A stretch of 24,000 nt of DNA from the NCBI GenBank assembly GCA_964637965.1, contig CAZWXP010000108.1:22342-46341 (forward strand). Reading direction: 5' to 3'. The stretch comes from an uncultured Alphaproteobacteria bacterium (GTDB lineage Bacteria > Pseudomonadota > Alphaproteobacteria > GCA-002720895). Below are positions 8,629-17,296 of the stretch, one piece after another. Below the pieces are notes generated by a model. The model saw only the letters and a program-made list of their open reading frames with translations, was not told the DNA's origin and did not search any database. The stretch's first letter is position 1, and the number at the start of each line of letters is the position of its first letter. The position numbers were made by a program, and so were the translations under genes.

Positions 8629-10584
8629 TTAAAAGTTAATCCATCTAATATTTGAGTTATATTCTTTATTAAGATTAAAATGCTTTACAAATAACTGGTC
8701 TAATAACATTGTTGTTAATATTAAAAAAAAAGCTGTATCTTCTCTATAATTAATTTGATTTGGATTTTTTTTAGACAATATAGATAACAAATTTGAAACT
8801 TTTGATGATGTGAAATAACCAGTTTTATCTATCTGGTTTTTACTTAGTAATTCTTTTACATAATCAGGTAATTTTTTCTGAGAAAAAAAGGCAAGGCAGT
8901 TAGGGGCTATATAGGGTTGTTTTGCTCTATTAACAATTTCTAAAGGGATATCATTTTCAAAAGTTTTTTTTAATATCCATTTCTCTTTTAATCCCTTTAT
9001 AAAAAAAAGTTCATTAAAATCTGAAATAGATTCCCAAAGTTCGTGGTCTAGGAAAGGATATCTTCCTTCAACATGATTAGCTAAAGCTACTCTGTCGCCT
9101 TGAGAAGATAATAAATACCCCTCTAACAATGTTTTAACTTCCAAAAATCTTGCCTTTTGTAAGGAAGAAAAAGAAGAAAAGTTTGTGGGAAATAGATTCG
9201 AATTATTTGTTACATCAGCATTATTATAATAATCTTTTGACAAAAAAGTTCTCAATGAATCATTGTTCGACCATCGAACTATATGGGAAAAATCCATTTT
9301 TTTTTTATTTTTTAGAAATTTAGAAAAAAAATTTAGAATATATTTATAGTTTGTATCATTGAAGTTAGGTAAAAAATTATACAATTTTTTTAATAAAATA
9401 GGCCTCATCTCTGATTTTGGAAATTTTGACCAAAACAATCTTATTTTTAATTCCTTGAAAATATTATATCCAAAAAATGCTTCATCAGCTCCCTCTCCTG
9501 ATAAAACAACTTTTATATTTTGCTGATTTACAAAACTTGATAATAAATACATTGGAATTGGAGCGCTTCTAAATAAAGGATTTTCAGTAGAAAAAATAAC
9601 TTTAGGAAGAGTATCTGTAATATTTTTATATGAACAGTTGATATTGAAATGTTCTGTACCAAATTTCTTTGAAACTAAATTCTGATATTTTGATTCATCA
9701 AAATTTTTATCTTGAAAAGTAACAGAATAACTTTTGATTTTTTTTGTGTATCTTGATGCAATATTACATATTATTGAACTATCTATACCACCAGATAAGT
9801 ACAGTCCAATAGGAGCTTCTGATATTAATCTTTTTTTAACAGAATTATTTAATTCATTTCTTGTAATCTCAATTGCTTCTTTTTCATTTGTAATTTTTGG
9901 TTTTTTTCTTAGTGGAAAATCCCAAAACTTCTCAAATTTTTTTTTATTTCCTTTTATTGTTAGAGTGTGCGATGTCTCTAATTGACTAATGTTTTTAAAT
10001 ATTGTGTTAGGCGCATTGACTGTCCATTGTTTTATTAATTCATTTAGTGATGTTCTAGATATTTTTCTAGGCACAGAAGGAATGGAAAATAAAGATTTTA
10101 TTTCAGAAGCAAAATATAACCTTTTTTTATGGATAGTATAAAAAAGTGGTCTTATACCAAATCTATCTCTACCTAATATTAATTTATTGTTTTTAGTGTC
10201 ATATATTGCAAATGCAAAATTTCCATTAATATATTTTGGAGCATTTATCCCATATTCTTCATAAAGATGCACTAAAACTTCGGTGTCACAATTTGTTTTA
10301 AAATGATGACCTTTGTTTTGAAGATCTAATTTAATATCTAAATAATTATAAATTTCTCCATTATAGACAACCCAAATACTTTTATCTTCATTTGATATTG
10401 GTTGAAAACCATTTTTTATATCTATAATAGATAATCTTGCACATCCCATCATACAATTATCAAAACTTATTGCACCTAAACTATCTGGCCCTCTATGTTC
10501 AATTTGATGCAACATATTATTTAAATCTGATTTAATATTCTTTAAACCAGGTTTTAAATTAACCCAACCTGCAATTCCACACAT
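8629..10584 (-). CDS. Asparagine synthetase B-like glutamine-dependent amidotransferase.
   Basis: 651 aa. N-terminal nucleophile MCGIAGW (Ntn glutaminase) and PP-loop LSGGIDSS. The start codon directly abuts the stop of the carrier-protein gene (10585). Confidence 0.85.
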   Translation of the reverse strand: MCGIAGWVNLKPGLKNIKSDLNNMLHQIEHRGPDSLGAISFDNCMMGCARLSIIDIKNGFQPISNEDKSIWVVYNGEIYNYLDIKLDLQNKGHHFKTNCDTEVLVHLYEEYGINAPKYINGNFAFAIYDTKNNKLILGRDRFGIRPLFYTIHKKRLYFASEIKSLFSIPSVPRKISRTSLNELIKQWTVNAPNTIFKNISQLETSHTLTIKGNKKKFEKFWDFPLRKKPKITNEKEAIEITRNELNNSVKKRLISEAPIGLYLSGGIDSSIICNIASRYTKKIKSYSVTFQDKNFDESKYQNLVSKKFGTEHFNINCSYKNITDTLPKVIFSTENPLFRSAPIPMYLLSSFVNQQNIKVVLSGEGADEAFFGYNIFKELKIRLFWSKFPKSEMRPILLKKLYNFLPNFNDTNYKYILNFFSKFLKNKKKMDFSHIVRWSNNDSLRTFLSKDYYNNADVTNNSNLFPTNFSSFSSLQKARFLEVKTLLEGYLLSSQGDRVALANHVEGRYPFLDHELWESISDFNELFFIKGLKEKWILKKTFENDIPLEIVNRAKQPYIAPNCLAFFSQKKLPDYVKELLSKNQIDKTGYFTSSKVSNLLSILSKKNPNQINYREDTAFFLILTTMLLDQLFVKHFNLNKEYNSNIRWINF

Positions 10585-10854
10585 TTATTTAATTTTTTTT
10601 ATAATAATCTTGGAGATTCCTAATGGAGATGCTGATTCATCACTTAATAAATCATTTTCATTAAATGAAATCTTATATTTTTTCTCTAAATAGAGAATCA
10701 TGTCTATAATTGAAGCTGAATCGATGATTCCTTCACTAATTAGCAATGAATTCTTATTTAATTTACTAGGAATTACTGAATTATTTTTCTTGATATAATT
10801 AATAATCCCATTGCAAATATCATTTAGGCCTAGCTTTTTTTTTTTATTTTGCAA
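10585..10854 (-). CDS. Acyl/peptidyl carrier protein.
   Basis: 89 aa. The candidate phosphopantetheine site is EGIIDSASIIDMILYLE (DS motif in a helix-II-like context). The start codon is TTG (10854-10852), bounded by an in-frame TAA 12 nt upstream. It overlaps the upstream gene by 11 nt. Confidence 0.6.
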   Translation of the reverse strand: MQNKKKKLGLNDICNGIINYIKKNNSVIPSKLNKNSLLISEGIIDSASIIDMILYLEKKYKISFNENDLLSDESASPLGISKIIIKKIK

Positions 10855-11608
10855 AATATTTTTTTTTTATTACAAAAAAAGGATTTCTTTTTATATGTAA
10901 ATTGAATAAATCATAAAAACTCCTGAAATTAAACAATGACATTTGTCCCCAACCAATTTTAATTGAATTAATTAATTTTTCATTTTTTAATAACAAATTC
11001 ATTTTTTTGAAATCATATACTGTCTTCTTATTTAAGTATCTTGCATAGTAAGGTACTTTAATTGCTTTAATTTTATTAAATTTTTTTACTTTAATTTTAA
11101 ATGTTTTAAAAAATCTATAAGGAACTTTGTTCTCTTCTTCTATTTGATGAATTAAAGTAACATATTTTATTCCTACTCCAACTAAAAGACATTTAGCGTT
11201 CATATTTACAAGTTTCTTAAAAACACTGTTATCTCCAAAACTTGTAGGGCTGATGTTGTCAATTATTTCTTTTGCCCTATAACCTATTGCAACAACCGAA
11301 TGTAATGGGTGATTACTTCTTATCGCTTTTTTTTTCTTAATTAACCAATTTCCAAATGAGCCACTATCTGTAGAAATTTTTTCTTTATCAAAAATTTTTC
11401 CATGCGAGCATTCAAGTGTAAATGCTGGGGCTACTAAAGTACCTCTATTTCCTATAATTTCTTTTATACTTTTAAATAATAATTCTGAAGAATTTTTTTG
11501 TTTTCCAAAAATTAATCCTAAAGAAGAATGTGTGAATACTATATCGCTTTTTTTTAATCCTAAATGCCTTAGACATTCGATTAGCTTTTTTTGATCTATA
11601 CTTAACAA
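10844..11608 (-). CDS. AAC(3)-family (aminoglycoside N3-acetyltransferase-like) N-acyltransferase.
   Basis: 254 aa. The N-terminal LGLKKSDIVFTHSSLGLIFG and the later NHPLHSVVAIG resemble the Antibiotic_NAT fold family. The start codon is TTG (11608-11606), with an in-frame TAA immediately upstream. Confidence 0.55.
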   Translation of the reverse strand: MLSIDQKKLIECLRHLGLKKSDIVFTHSSLGLIFGKQKNSSELLFKSIKEIIGNRGTLVAPAFTLECSHGKIFDKEKISTDSGSFGNWLIKKKKAIRSNHPLHSVVAIGYRAKEIIDNISPTSFGDNSVFKKLVNMNAKCLLVGVGIKYVTLIHQIEEENKVPYRFFKTFKIKVKKFNKIKAIKVPYYARYLNKKTVYDFKKMNLLLKNEKLINSIKIGWGQMSLFNFRSFYDLFNLHIKRNPFFVIKKKYFAK

Positions 11609-11635
11609 TTATAAAATTTTAAAAGAGAGAGAAAA

Positions 11636-13108
11636 TTATTCTTTTTCTATTATAAAATTAGAAGGTATTTTACTTCTTTCTAATTTTTTAAAACAATAGC
11701 TTTTTAAACTGTTTAAACCTTGAAATTCTTTTTTGATTACTGCTATTGAGCATGTTATTTTATCTTTTTTATTTAAATATACCTTAGCTTTTTTAATGCC
11801 ATTAAAAGATTGAATAAAATTTTCTATTTCTTTTGGATCGAATTTTAACCCACCTTTGTTTATAATTCTAGATTCTCTTCCTGTAAGGAATAAATTATTA
11901 TTTTTATCTAAGAATCCTATATCATCAGTTACGAACCAGCCTTTATCAAAATATTTCCTATCTTCTTTTGCTCTGTTTAAATAAGTTTTCATTACATGAT
12001 TTCCTTTGATACATACTCTTCCTTTCTTCATAGAATTCAATTTTTTTTTATTTTTATCAGCAATTTTTACTTCAACATTTGGCATTGCTTTTCCAACACT
12101 GTTAAACAAATATTTCTTGGTTTTATTATTAAATTCAATAAAAGTAGATCTCGAAGCCTCTGTTAATCCGTAATAAACCATAATTCTCGTATTTGGAAAC
12201 TTGCTTACTAATTCTTTTAATAAACTTGGAGGAACAGGTTCAGAATTTATAATAATTAATTTTAAAAATTTTTTACACAATAAAAATTTTTTTGGGAATA
12301 TTTTTAATAAAATTTTAAAACCAGAGGGTGTTCCTGGAAAACCGTTTGGTTTTTTTTCAAACAAAGTTTTAAACAAAGAATTAAAATTAGAAAAACCAGG
12401 TAATAATTGTACTTTTCCTCCAACAAATAAATTGCAATAAATATGTCCTAGGCCAAAGTTATGGTAAATAGGTAAAGTTATTAATTCGTAAAATTTTTTA
12501 TTATAACCAACAAAAGATATAATGTTCTTAATTGCTGTTAAAACATTTTTATGTGTTAGAACAACACATTTTTTTTTTCCTGTTGATCCTGATGTAAACA
12601 TAAAAGATATTGGATCTTCTAAACCAATTTTAGGAAATTCATGAGTCATATAATTTTTATTGTTTATAATCAAATTCAAAATATAAGAATTTAATTTTTT
12701 ATTTTTTAATTTTTTATCAGATATAAGAATAATTTTATTTCTTATTAAAACGTTTTCTAAAAAATTTCTTTTTATAATTTCAACAAATGAAAAAATACAT
12801 TTTAATTTGGTTATTCTTATTATTTCACTTAAGTTGTTTGGCATTATTTCTGAACTTAATGGAACGCTTACAAAACCTGAAAAAACAATTGATAAGTGGG
12901 CTTTAACAAAATAATTACAATTTGGTAAAATAATCCCTATTGCATCTCCCTTCTTTAAATTTGTTTTGTTCATTAAAAAATGTGAAATTTTATTAATCTG
13001 TTTAATTAAAAAATCGTAACTTATATTTTCATTTGGGTCAGATAAAGCAATTTTTTTTGGGTTCTTATTTGCTGTGTTAATAATAGTTTCTGATAACGAA
13101 GAAATCAT
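11636..13108 (-). CDS. AMP-forming adenylating enzyme (ANL superfamily; acyl-CoA or carrier-protein ligase).
   Basis: 490 aa. Core motifs are FTSGSTGKKKCVVLTHKN (A3), YGLTEAS (A5), VTDDIGFLD (A7) and GRESRIINKGGLKFDPKEIE (A8). No recognisable A10 GK motif occurs before the stop. Confidence 0.85.
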   Translation of the reverse strand: MISSLSETIINTANKNPKKIALSDPNENISYDFLIKQINKISHFLMNKTNLKKGDAIGIILPNCNYFVKAHLSIVFSGFVSVPLSSEIMPNNLSEIIRITKLKCIFSFVEIIKRNFLENVLIRNKIILISDKKLKNKKLNSYILNLIINNKNYMTHEFPKIGLEDPISFMFTSGSTGKKKCVVLTHKNVLTAIKNIISFVGYNKKFYELITLPIYHNFGLGHIYCNLFVGGKVQLLPGFSNFNSLFKTLFEKKPNGFPGTPSGFKILLKIFPKKFLLCKKFLKLIIINSEPVPPSLLKELVSKFPNTRIMVYYGLTEASRSTFIEFNNKTKKYLFNSVGKAMPNVEVKIADKNKKKLNSMKKGRVCIKGNHVMKTYLNRAKEDRKYFDKGWFVTDDIGFLDKNNNLFLTGRESRIINKGGLKFDPKEIENFIQSFNGIKKAKVYLNKKDKITCSIAVIKKEFQGLNSLKSYCFKKLERSKIPSNFIIEKE

Positions 13109-13135
13109 TTCTTTAAAAATAATTTTAGTTATATT

Positions 13136-13933
13136 TTATTCAGATGATACTAGAACTGTTCTTCCACCATCAACCAATAAATTTTGCCCTGTAATATAGC
13201 TCGATTGATCAGAAGATAAGAATTGTATAGCGCCAACTAATTCATTAGGATGACCCATTCTTCCTAGAGGAACCGTTTTTTCTAATCTTTGTTTGAAAGA
13301 TAATTTTAAAGCAGCGTCATCCATTGGGCCTGGGCATAAGGCATTACACCTTATATTATAATCACCTAACAGACTCGCGTAATATCTTGTAACACCAATT
13401 ATTGCATGCTTGGTTATTGAATAATGAACAGGTTTAATAAATTTTTTAAATAAACCCTTATAAAGTCTTTGGTTTGGAGCTATTAAAGATAAATCAGATC
13501 CAATATTAATAATGCTGCCATGCTTCTTCTTTTTCATATCTTTTGAGAAAGCTTCAATTAAATTAACCGCTCCTAATACACCGACATTAAATGACTTAAA
13601 AATTTCATCATCAATATTTCTTTTTAATTTACCTGGAACACTATCTAGTGCTGCATTATTAATCAGCACATCAATATAAACTTTTTTTTTTTCTAATGAT
13701 TTCTTAAATTGATTTACTGCTTTAATATCAGTGATATCCACAGTTTTAACAATAATTCTTCCTTCAGGAAATAGTTTTTTTAAAACATTATAATTTTTTA
13801 AATTTTTTTTTCCATTTACATCACACATAATCAAAAAGCCGTCTTTTTCTAAGATAGCCTTACCATGATATAAGCCTAATTTTCCGCCCGCTCCTGTTAC
13901 GAGACAAATCTTATTTTTTAAATCATTAAACAT
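13136..13933 (-). CDS. Short-chain dehydrogenase/reductase (classical SDR).
   Basis: 265 aa. Motifs CLVTGAGGKLG, NNAA and YSITKHAIIG (YxxxK). The C-terminal YITGQNLLVDGG is typical of SDRs. Confidence 0.8.
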   Translation of the reverse strand: MFNDLKNKICLVTGAGGKLGLYHGKAILEKDGFLIMCDVNGKKNLKNYNVLKKLFPEGRIIVKTVDITDIKAVNQFKKSLEKKKVYIDVLINNAALDSVPGKLKRNIDDEIFKSFNVGVLGAVNLIEAFSKDMKKKKHGSIINIGSDLSLIAPNQRLYKGLFKKFIKPVHYSITKHAIIGVTRYYASLLGDYNIRCNALCPGPMDDAALKLSFKQRLEKTVPLGRMGHPNELVGAIQFLSSDQSSYITGQNLLVDGGRTVLVSSE

Positions 13934-14756
13934 TTTTTATTATTTTTTTTATAAAATAAAAATTTTTTCTTAATTCATCAACATGTTTGTTTTTTGATCT
14001 AGCAGTTTGTAAGATTATATTTCCTTTATATTCTTTTTTTAGATATTTAAAAACTTTTTCAAAATCTTGATTTCCTTTTCCTAAAGGTACTGTTGTTCCA
14101 AAGCACAAACGATCTTTTATATGTACATTCTGAACATATTTTATATAAATTTTTTCTTTATTAAAATCATAATTTTTAGAAGCGCTATTACCTGTATCGT
14201 AGTTTATTCCTATATTCTTTAATTTAAATCTTTTTATAAATTTTAATAATTTTTTAGGGTTATAATCACTTTCAAAAAGAATTCTAATATTTGTTGATTT
14301 TATTAAAGGCAAAAAAAAATTAATCAATCCTACAATGGTATTCTCATCCTTTTTTGTTTTTAAAGATGTATTATCCACTAAAGGTAAAACTATATATTTT
14401 ATATTCAAAATTAAACAAGAATTTATTAAAAAAAGTATTTTCTTTTTTATTTCAATTTGATTTTTTTTATTTTGTTTAAAGTATGGCTTTTCCATAAAAA
14501 AATCACATGTGACAGACTCTATCCTAATATTGTTTTTTTCTGATAAGTTCTTAATTTTCTCAAAATATTTTGAATTCAATAAAGGATTCTTATAAAAATT
14601 CTTATTATCTAATGTCCACTCAATTAATTTAAGTCTTAGTTTTTTAGCTAAATGAAATTCTTTTTGCCAACTTTTCCATGGAAAAGATTGTATTTTATTT
14701 TTGATCTCAGGTGGAACAAGCCTACCTTGCATTACACCAAAATTAAATTTATTCAT
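13926..14756 (-). CDS. Xylose-isomerase-like TIM-barrel protein (sugar phosphate isomerase/epimerase family).
   Basis: 276 aa. The overall pattern (GVMQGRL...IEW...ESVTCDFF...LFES...NYDTGN...VHIKD) resembles AP-endonuclease-2/xylose-isomerase-like barrels. Judged by eye only. Confidence 0.45.
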   Translation of the reverse strand: MNKFNFGVMQGRLVPPEIKNKIQSFPWKSWQKEFHLAKKLRLKLIEWTLDNKNFYKNPLLNSKYFEKIKNLSEKNNIRIESVTCDFFMEKPYFKQNKKNQIEIKKKILFLINSCLILNIKYIVLPLVDNTSLKTKKDENTIVGLINFFLPLIKSTNIRILFESDYNPKKLLKFIKRFKLKNIGINYDTGNSASKNYDFNKEKIYIKYVQNVHIKDRLCFGTTVPLGKGNQDFEKVFKYLKKEYKGNIILQTARSKNKHVDELRKNFYFIKKIIKNV

Positions 14757-14761
14757 TCTTA

Positions 14762-15841
14762 TTATACTTTATTTCTCATTTTTCGAGTTCTATCAAAGAT
14801 CTGAGTTTTCAAAATACTAAACTTATTTTCTTTGATATAATCTGATATTGGCTTATATCTATCACATTTAACACAAACTTTAGGTAAGATACCTTTTTTC
14901 CAATTAGATCTGAATTTTTTTATTTTTTTTCCTCTCCAAATGTTAGTTAAAGTGTCGGAATTAATATTTCCTATATTTATTTCTCCTTCTATATCTCTCG
15001 ATGCACATACTCCTACGTTTCCATCTGACATGATATATAATTTTCTATATAGCTCCCAACAAGGTTCTTTAAATTTTTTTTCATTTGGAACTATTTCTCC
15101 CAATGTTGACCCTTTTGGTAAATCCTTCTCTGTAATATAACCACTCCAATTTTCATAGGCAGTTTTGAAAGACATATTTTCAAAACCTATTAACTTACCA
15201 ATTTCTAAAAAATCTTTATTTTTTCTCCATTTTTCTTCAGGTTGTTCAACTCTTAAATGCATAGTGAAATGAATAGGTTTATTATATTTAATATTTAATT
15301 TTGCAATATTAATTATATTTTTGATAACTCTTTGATATTCATCAACTCCATAATATTTTTTATATAATTTTCTAGTTCCAAAATAAGTGGATATTGCTAT
15401 TCGTGTCACACCGCTTTGAACTAATTCTTTTAAATTATAACGATCTAAATAAATAGCATTAGTGTACATAAAGACACTGTGTATATTTTTTTTAGACCTT
15501 GCGTATCTTATTTTCTCAATTAAAGATTTATCAACTAATGGGTCACCAACCACTGGTGTAAAAGAAACTGTACCTCCACCATCTTTTGAATACAAATCAA
15601 TTGTTTTTTTAAACATTTTAAAATCCATGATATATAATGATCTTTTTTGAAATCTATACGCACAAAAAGAACAATTAGCATTACAAGCATTGGATATTTC
15701 TAAACCTAAGTCTGTATAATTTTTCTCCATTAGTTTAAGCAAAAAAGAGTTTGGAAAAAAACTAAGAAAAAAATTTTTTATTTTTTTCTTTAGAAGTTTT
15801 TTTAAATATTTTTTATGATCTACAAAACGAATTTCTTCCAT
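14762..15841 (-). CDS. Radical SAM enzyme with a Cys-rich C-terminal (SPASM/twitch-like) region.
   Basis: 359 aa. CX3CX2C motif is CNANCSFC. C-terminal cysteines occur in CWELY...GNVGVCASRD and CVKCDRY. Its ATG shares 1 nt with the upstream stop (TAATG). Confidence 0.8.
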   Translation of the reverse strand: MEEIRFVDHKKYLKKLLKKKIKNFFLSFFPNSFLLKLMEKNYTDLGLEISNACNANCSFCAYRFQKRSLYIMDFKMFKKTIDLYSKDGGGTVSFTPVVGDPLVDKSLIEKIRYARSKKNIHSVFMYTNAIYLDRYNLKELVQSGVTRIAISTYFGTRKLYKKYYGVDEYQRVIKNIINIAKLNIKYNKPIHFTMHLRVEQPEEKWRKNKDFLEIGKLIGFENMSFKTAYENWSGYITEKDLPKGSTLGEIVPNEKKFKEPCWELYRKLYIMSDGNVGVCASRDIEGEINIGNINSDTLTNIWRGKKIKKFRSNWKKGILPKVCVKCDRYKPISDYIKENKFSILKTQIFDRTRKMRNKV

Positions 15842-16542
15842 TATAACCCCTTAGCAATCCATCCTCCATCAACTACAATATCTTCGCCTGTAATATATGA
15901 TGAGTCCTGTGATATGAGAAACTTTATTACTCCAACTATATCGGTAGTTTTACCCCATCTTTGAAGTATTGTTCTATTTGATCTTTCTTTATATTTTTTT
16001 TTGTTTTTATAAGAATTAATTGTCATGTCAGTTAAGATATATCCTGGAGAAACTGAATTAACTCTTATTTGATATTTCCTATAATCTAATGCCATAGATT
16101 TAGTTAACATTCTCAAACCTCCTTTTGATGCAACATATCCAGGATTTTCAGGAAATGCCTGGTAAGCATTTATGCTACAAATATTAATAATAGATTTAAT
16201 TTCTGATTTTTTAATCTTATCCAAAAAAGAGTCAGATACAATATATGGAATTTTTAAATTAAAATCTATTATCTTAGAAAAATTTTTTATTTTAGATTTA
16301 TATTTTGTTCTCGCAATCCCAGCGTTGTTTATCAAAACATCTAACTTTGGAATCTTTTTACTTAATAATTTTAGATTATTTTGTTTACTAATATCTAACG
16401 CAAAATAATTAAAATTATTTATTTTAATTTTTGATCTTCCAACTCCATAAACTTGAAAGTTTTTAAATTTAGATAAATTTTCGCAAATTTCTCTACCAAT
16501 ACCTTTAGAGGCTCCTGTAACTAAAACGTACTTTTTTTCCAT
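15841..16542 (-). CDS. Short-chain dehydrogenase/reductase (FabG/PtmA-like).
   Basis: 233 aa. Motifs VLVTGASKGIGREI, NNAG and YVASKGGLRMLTK. The C-terminal YITGEDIVVDGG is typical of SDRs. Confidence 0.85.
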   Translation of the reverse strand: MEKKYVLVTGASKGIGREICENLSKFKNFQVYGVGRSKIKINNFNYFALDISKQNNLKLLSKKIPKLDVLINNAGIARTKYKSKIKNFSKIIDFNLKIPYIVSDSFLDKIKKSEIKSIINICSINAYQAFPENPGYVASKGGLRMLTKSMALDYRKYQIRVNSVSPGYILTDMTINSYKNKKKYKERSNRTILQRWGKTTDIVGVIKFLISQDSSYITGEDIVVDGGWIAKGL

Positions 16543-16555
16543 ATTATTTTGAAAA

Positions 16556-17296
16556 TCATCTTTCTAAAATTAACCTAACTAAATCTAAATCAAACTTTTC
16601 ATCAATTTCAAGAGATTTTTTTTTATCTACAATATAGGGTAAAGTTTTTCCTCCAAAAAAATAGTTGTTTTCACTATTTATAATGAATTTTTTTTTAGTT
16701 AAAAAAATATTTCCGCTTAATTTATATATATTTGGAAAAATATCTTGTCTTCTAACAAATTTTTTTACTTTTTTCATAGGTAATAAGAATTTATTTCTAA
16801 TTTTATTTAAATACATATCACTACATTCATTTGCTTCTCTTACACTTACAACGCTATCAACTTTTTTTTTCATCATCTTTATACATTTAATAATATCGTT
16901 TGCATTTGTTAATGGATTGGTGGCTTGTAAAAGCATTACCAAATCAACTTTAAATTTTTCATTATCTTCAATAAATTTTATAGCATGCTTTAAAACTGGC
17001 AATGTTGGTGCTGTGTCAGTAGCTAAATGTTTAGGTCTTAAAAATGGAACTTCTGCTCCAAATTTTTTTGCAATCTTTGCAATTTTTAATGAATCTGTTG
17101 AAACTAATAAAGTTATGGAAGCTATATCATTCCCTCTTGATATAGTTTCTTTATAAAAAAATTTTTTAGCTTTTAAAGCTGCTTCAATACAATAAGCAAT
17201 TAGTGGTTTACCATTAATATTTATTATGTTTTTATTACGAACCTCTTTTGACCCAGCTCTTGCTGGAATCACGATTAAAATATTCTTTTTTTTCAT
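16556..17296 (-). CDS. CMP-nonulosonate/acylneuraminate cytidylyltransferase family protein.
   Basis: 246 aa. The N-terminal IPARAGSKEVRNKNI is typical of NeuA/PseF/LegF-type cytidylyltransferases. It abuts the NeuB-like gene with a 0-nt gap. Confidence 0.8.
   Translation of the reverse strand: MKKKNILIVIPARAGSKEVRNKNIININGKPLIAYCIEAALKAKKFFYKETISRGNDIASITLLVSTDSLKIAKIAKKFGAEVPFLRPKHLATDTAPTLPVLKHAIKFIEDNEKFKVDLVMLLQATNPLTNANDIIKCIKMMKKKVDSVVSVREANECSDMYLNKIRNKFLLPMKKVKKFVRRQDIFPNIYKLSGNIFLTKKKFIINSENNYFFGGKTLPYIVDKKKSLEIDEKFDLDLVRLILER

Noticed and set aside
11624-11632. A short (AG)n microsatellite, AGAGAGAGA, in the spacer between the ligase and AAC(3)-like genes.
   Set aside because: It has only 4.5 repeat units and lies in a 27-nt spacer. 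It is too short to argue for slippage-based regulation without population data.
13682-13692. Homopolymeric T/A tracts of 10-11 nt considered as possible phase-variation switches. Examples are 13682-13692, 10835-10845, 22881-22891, 2099-2109 and 2829-2839.
   Set aside because: Such tracts are frequent throughout the window and simply encode lysine runs (AAA codons) in an AT-rich genome. Nothing singles out any one tract, and a single sequence cannot show length variation.
16665-17156. A 163-aa plus-strand ORF antisense to the cytidylyltransferase gene. Similar antisense ORFs occur at 3600-3833, 4342-4578, 5958-6167, 9734-9985, 12201-12440, 14940-15140, 15462-15650, 16172-16408 and 22682-22999.
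   Set aside because: All lie fully inside well-supported minus-strand genes. Their F/L/I-rich, motif-free translations are what the reverse complement of K/N/E-rich AT-biased codons produces. There is no independent start context.
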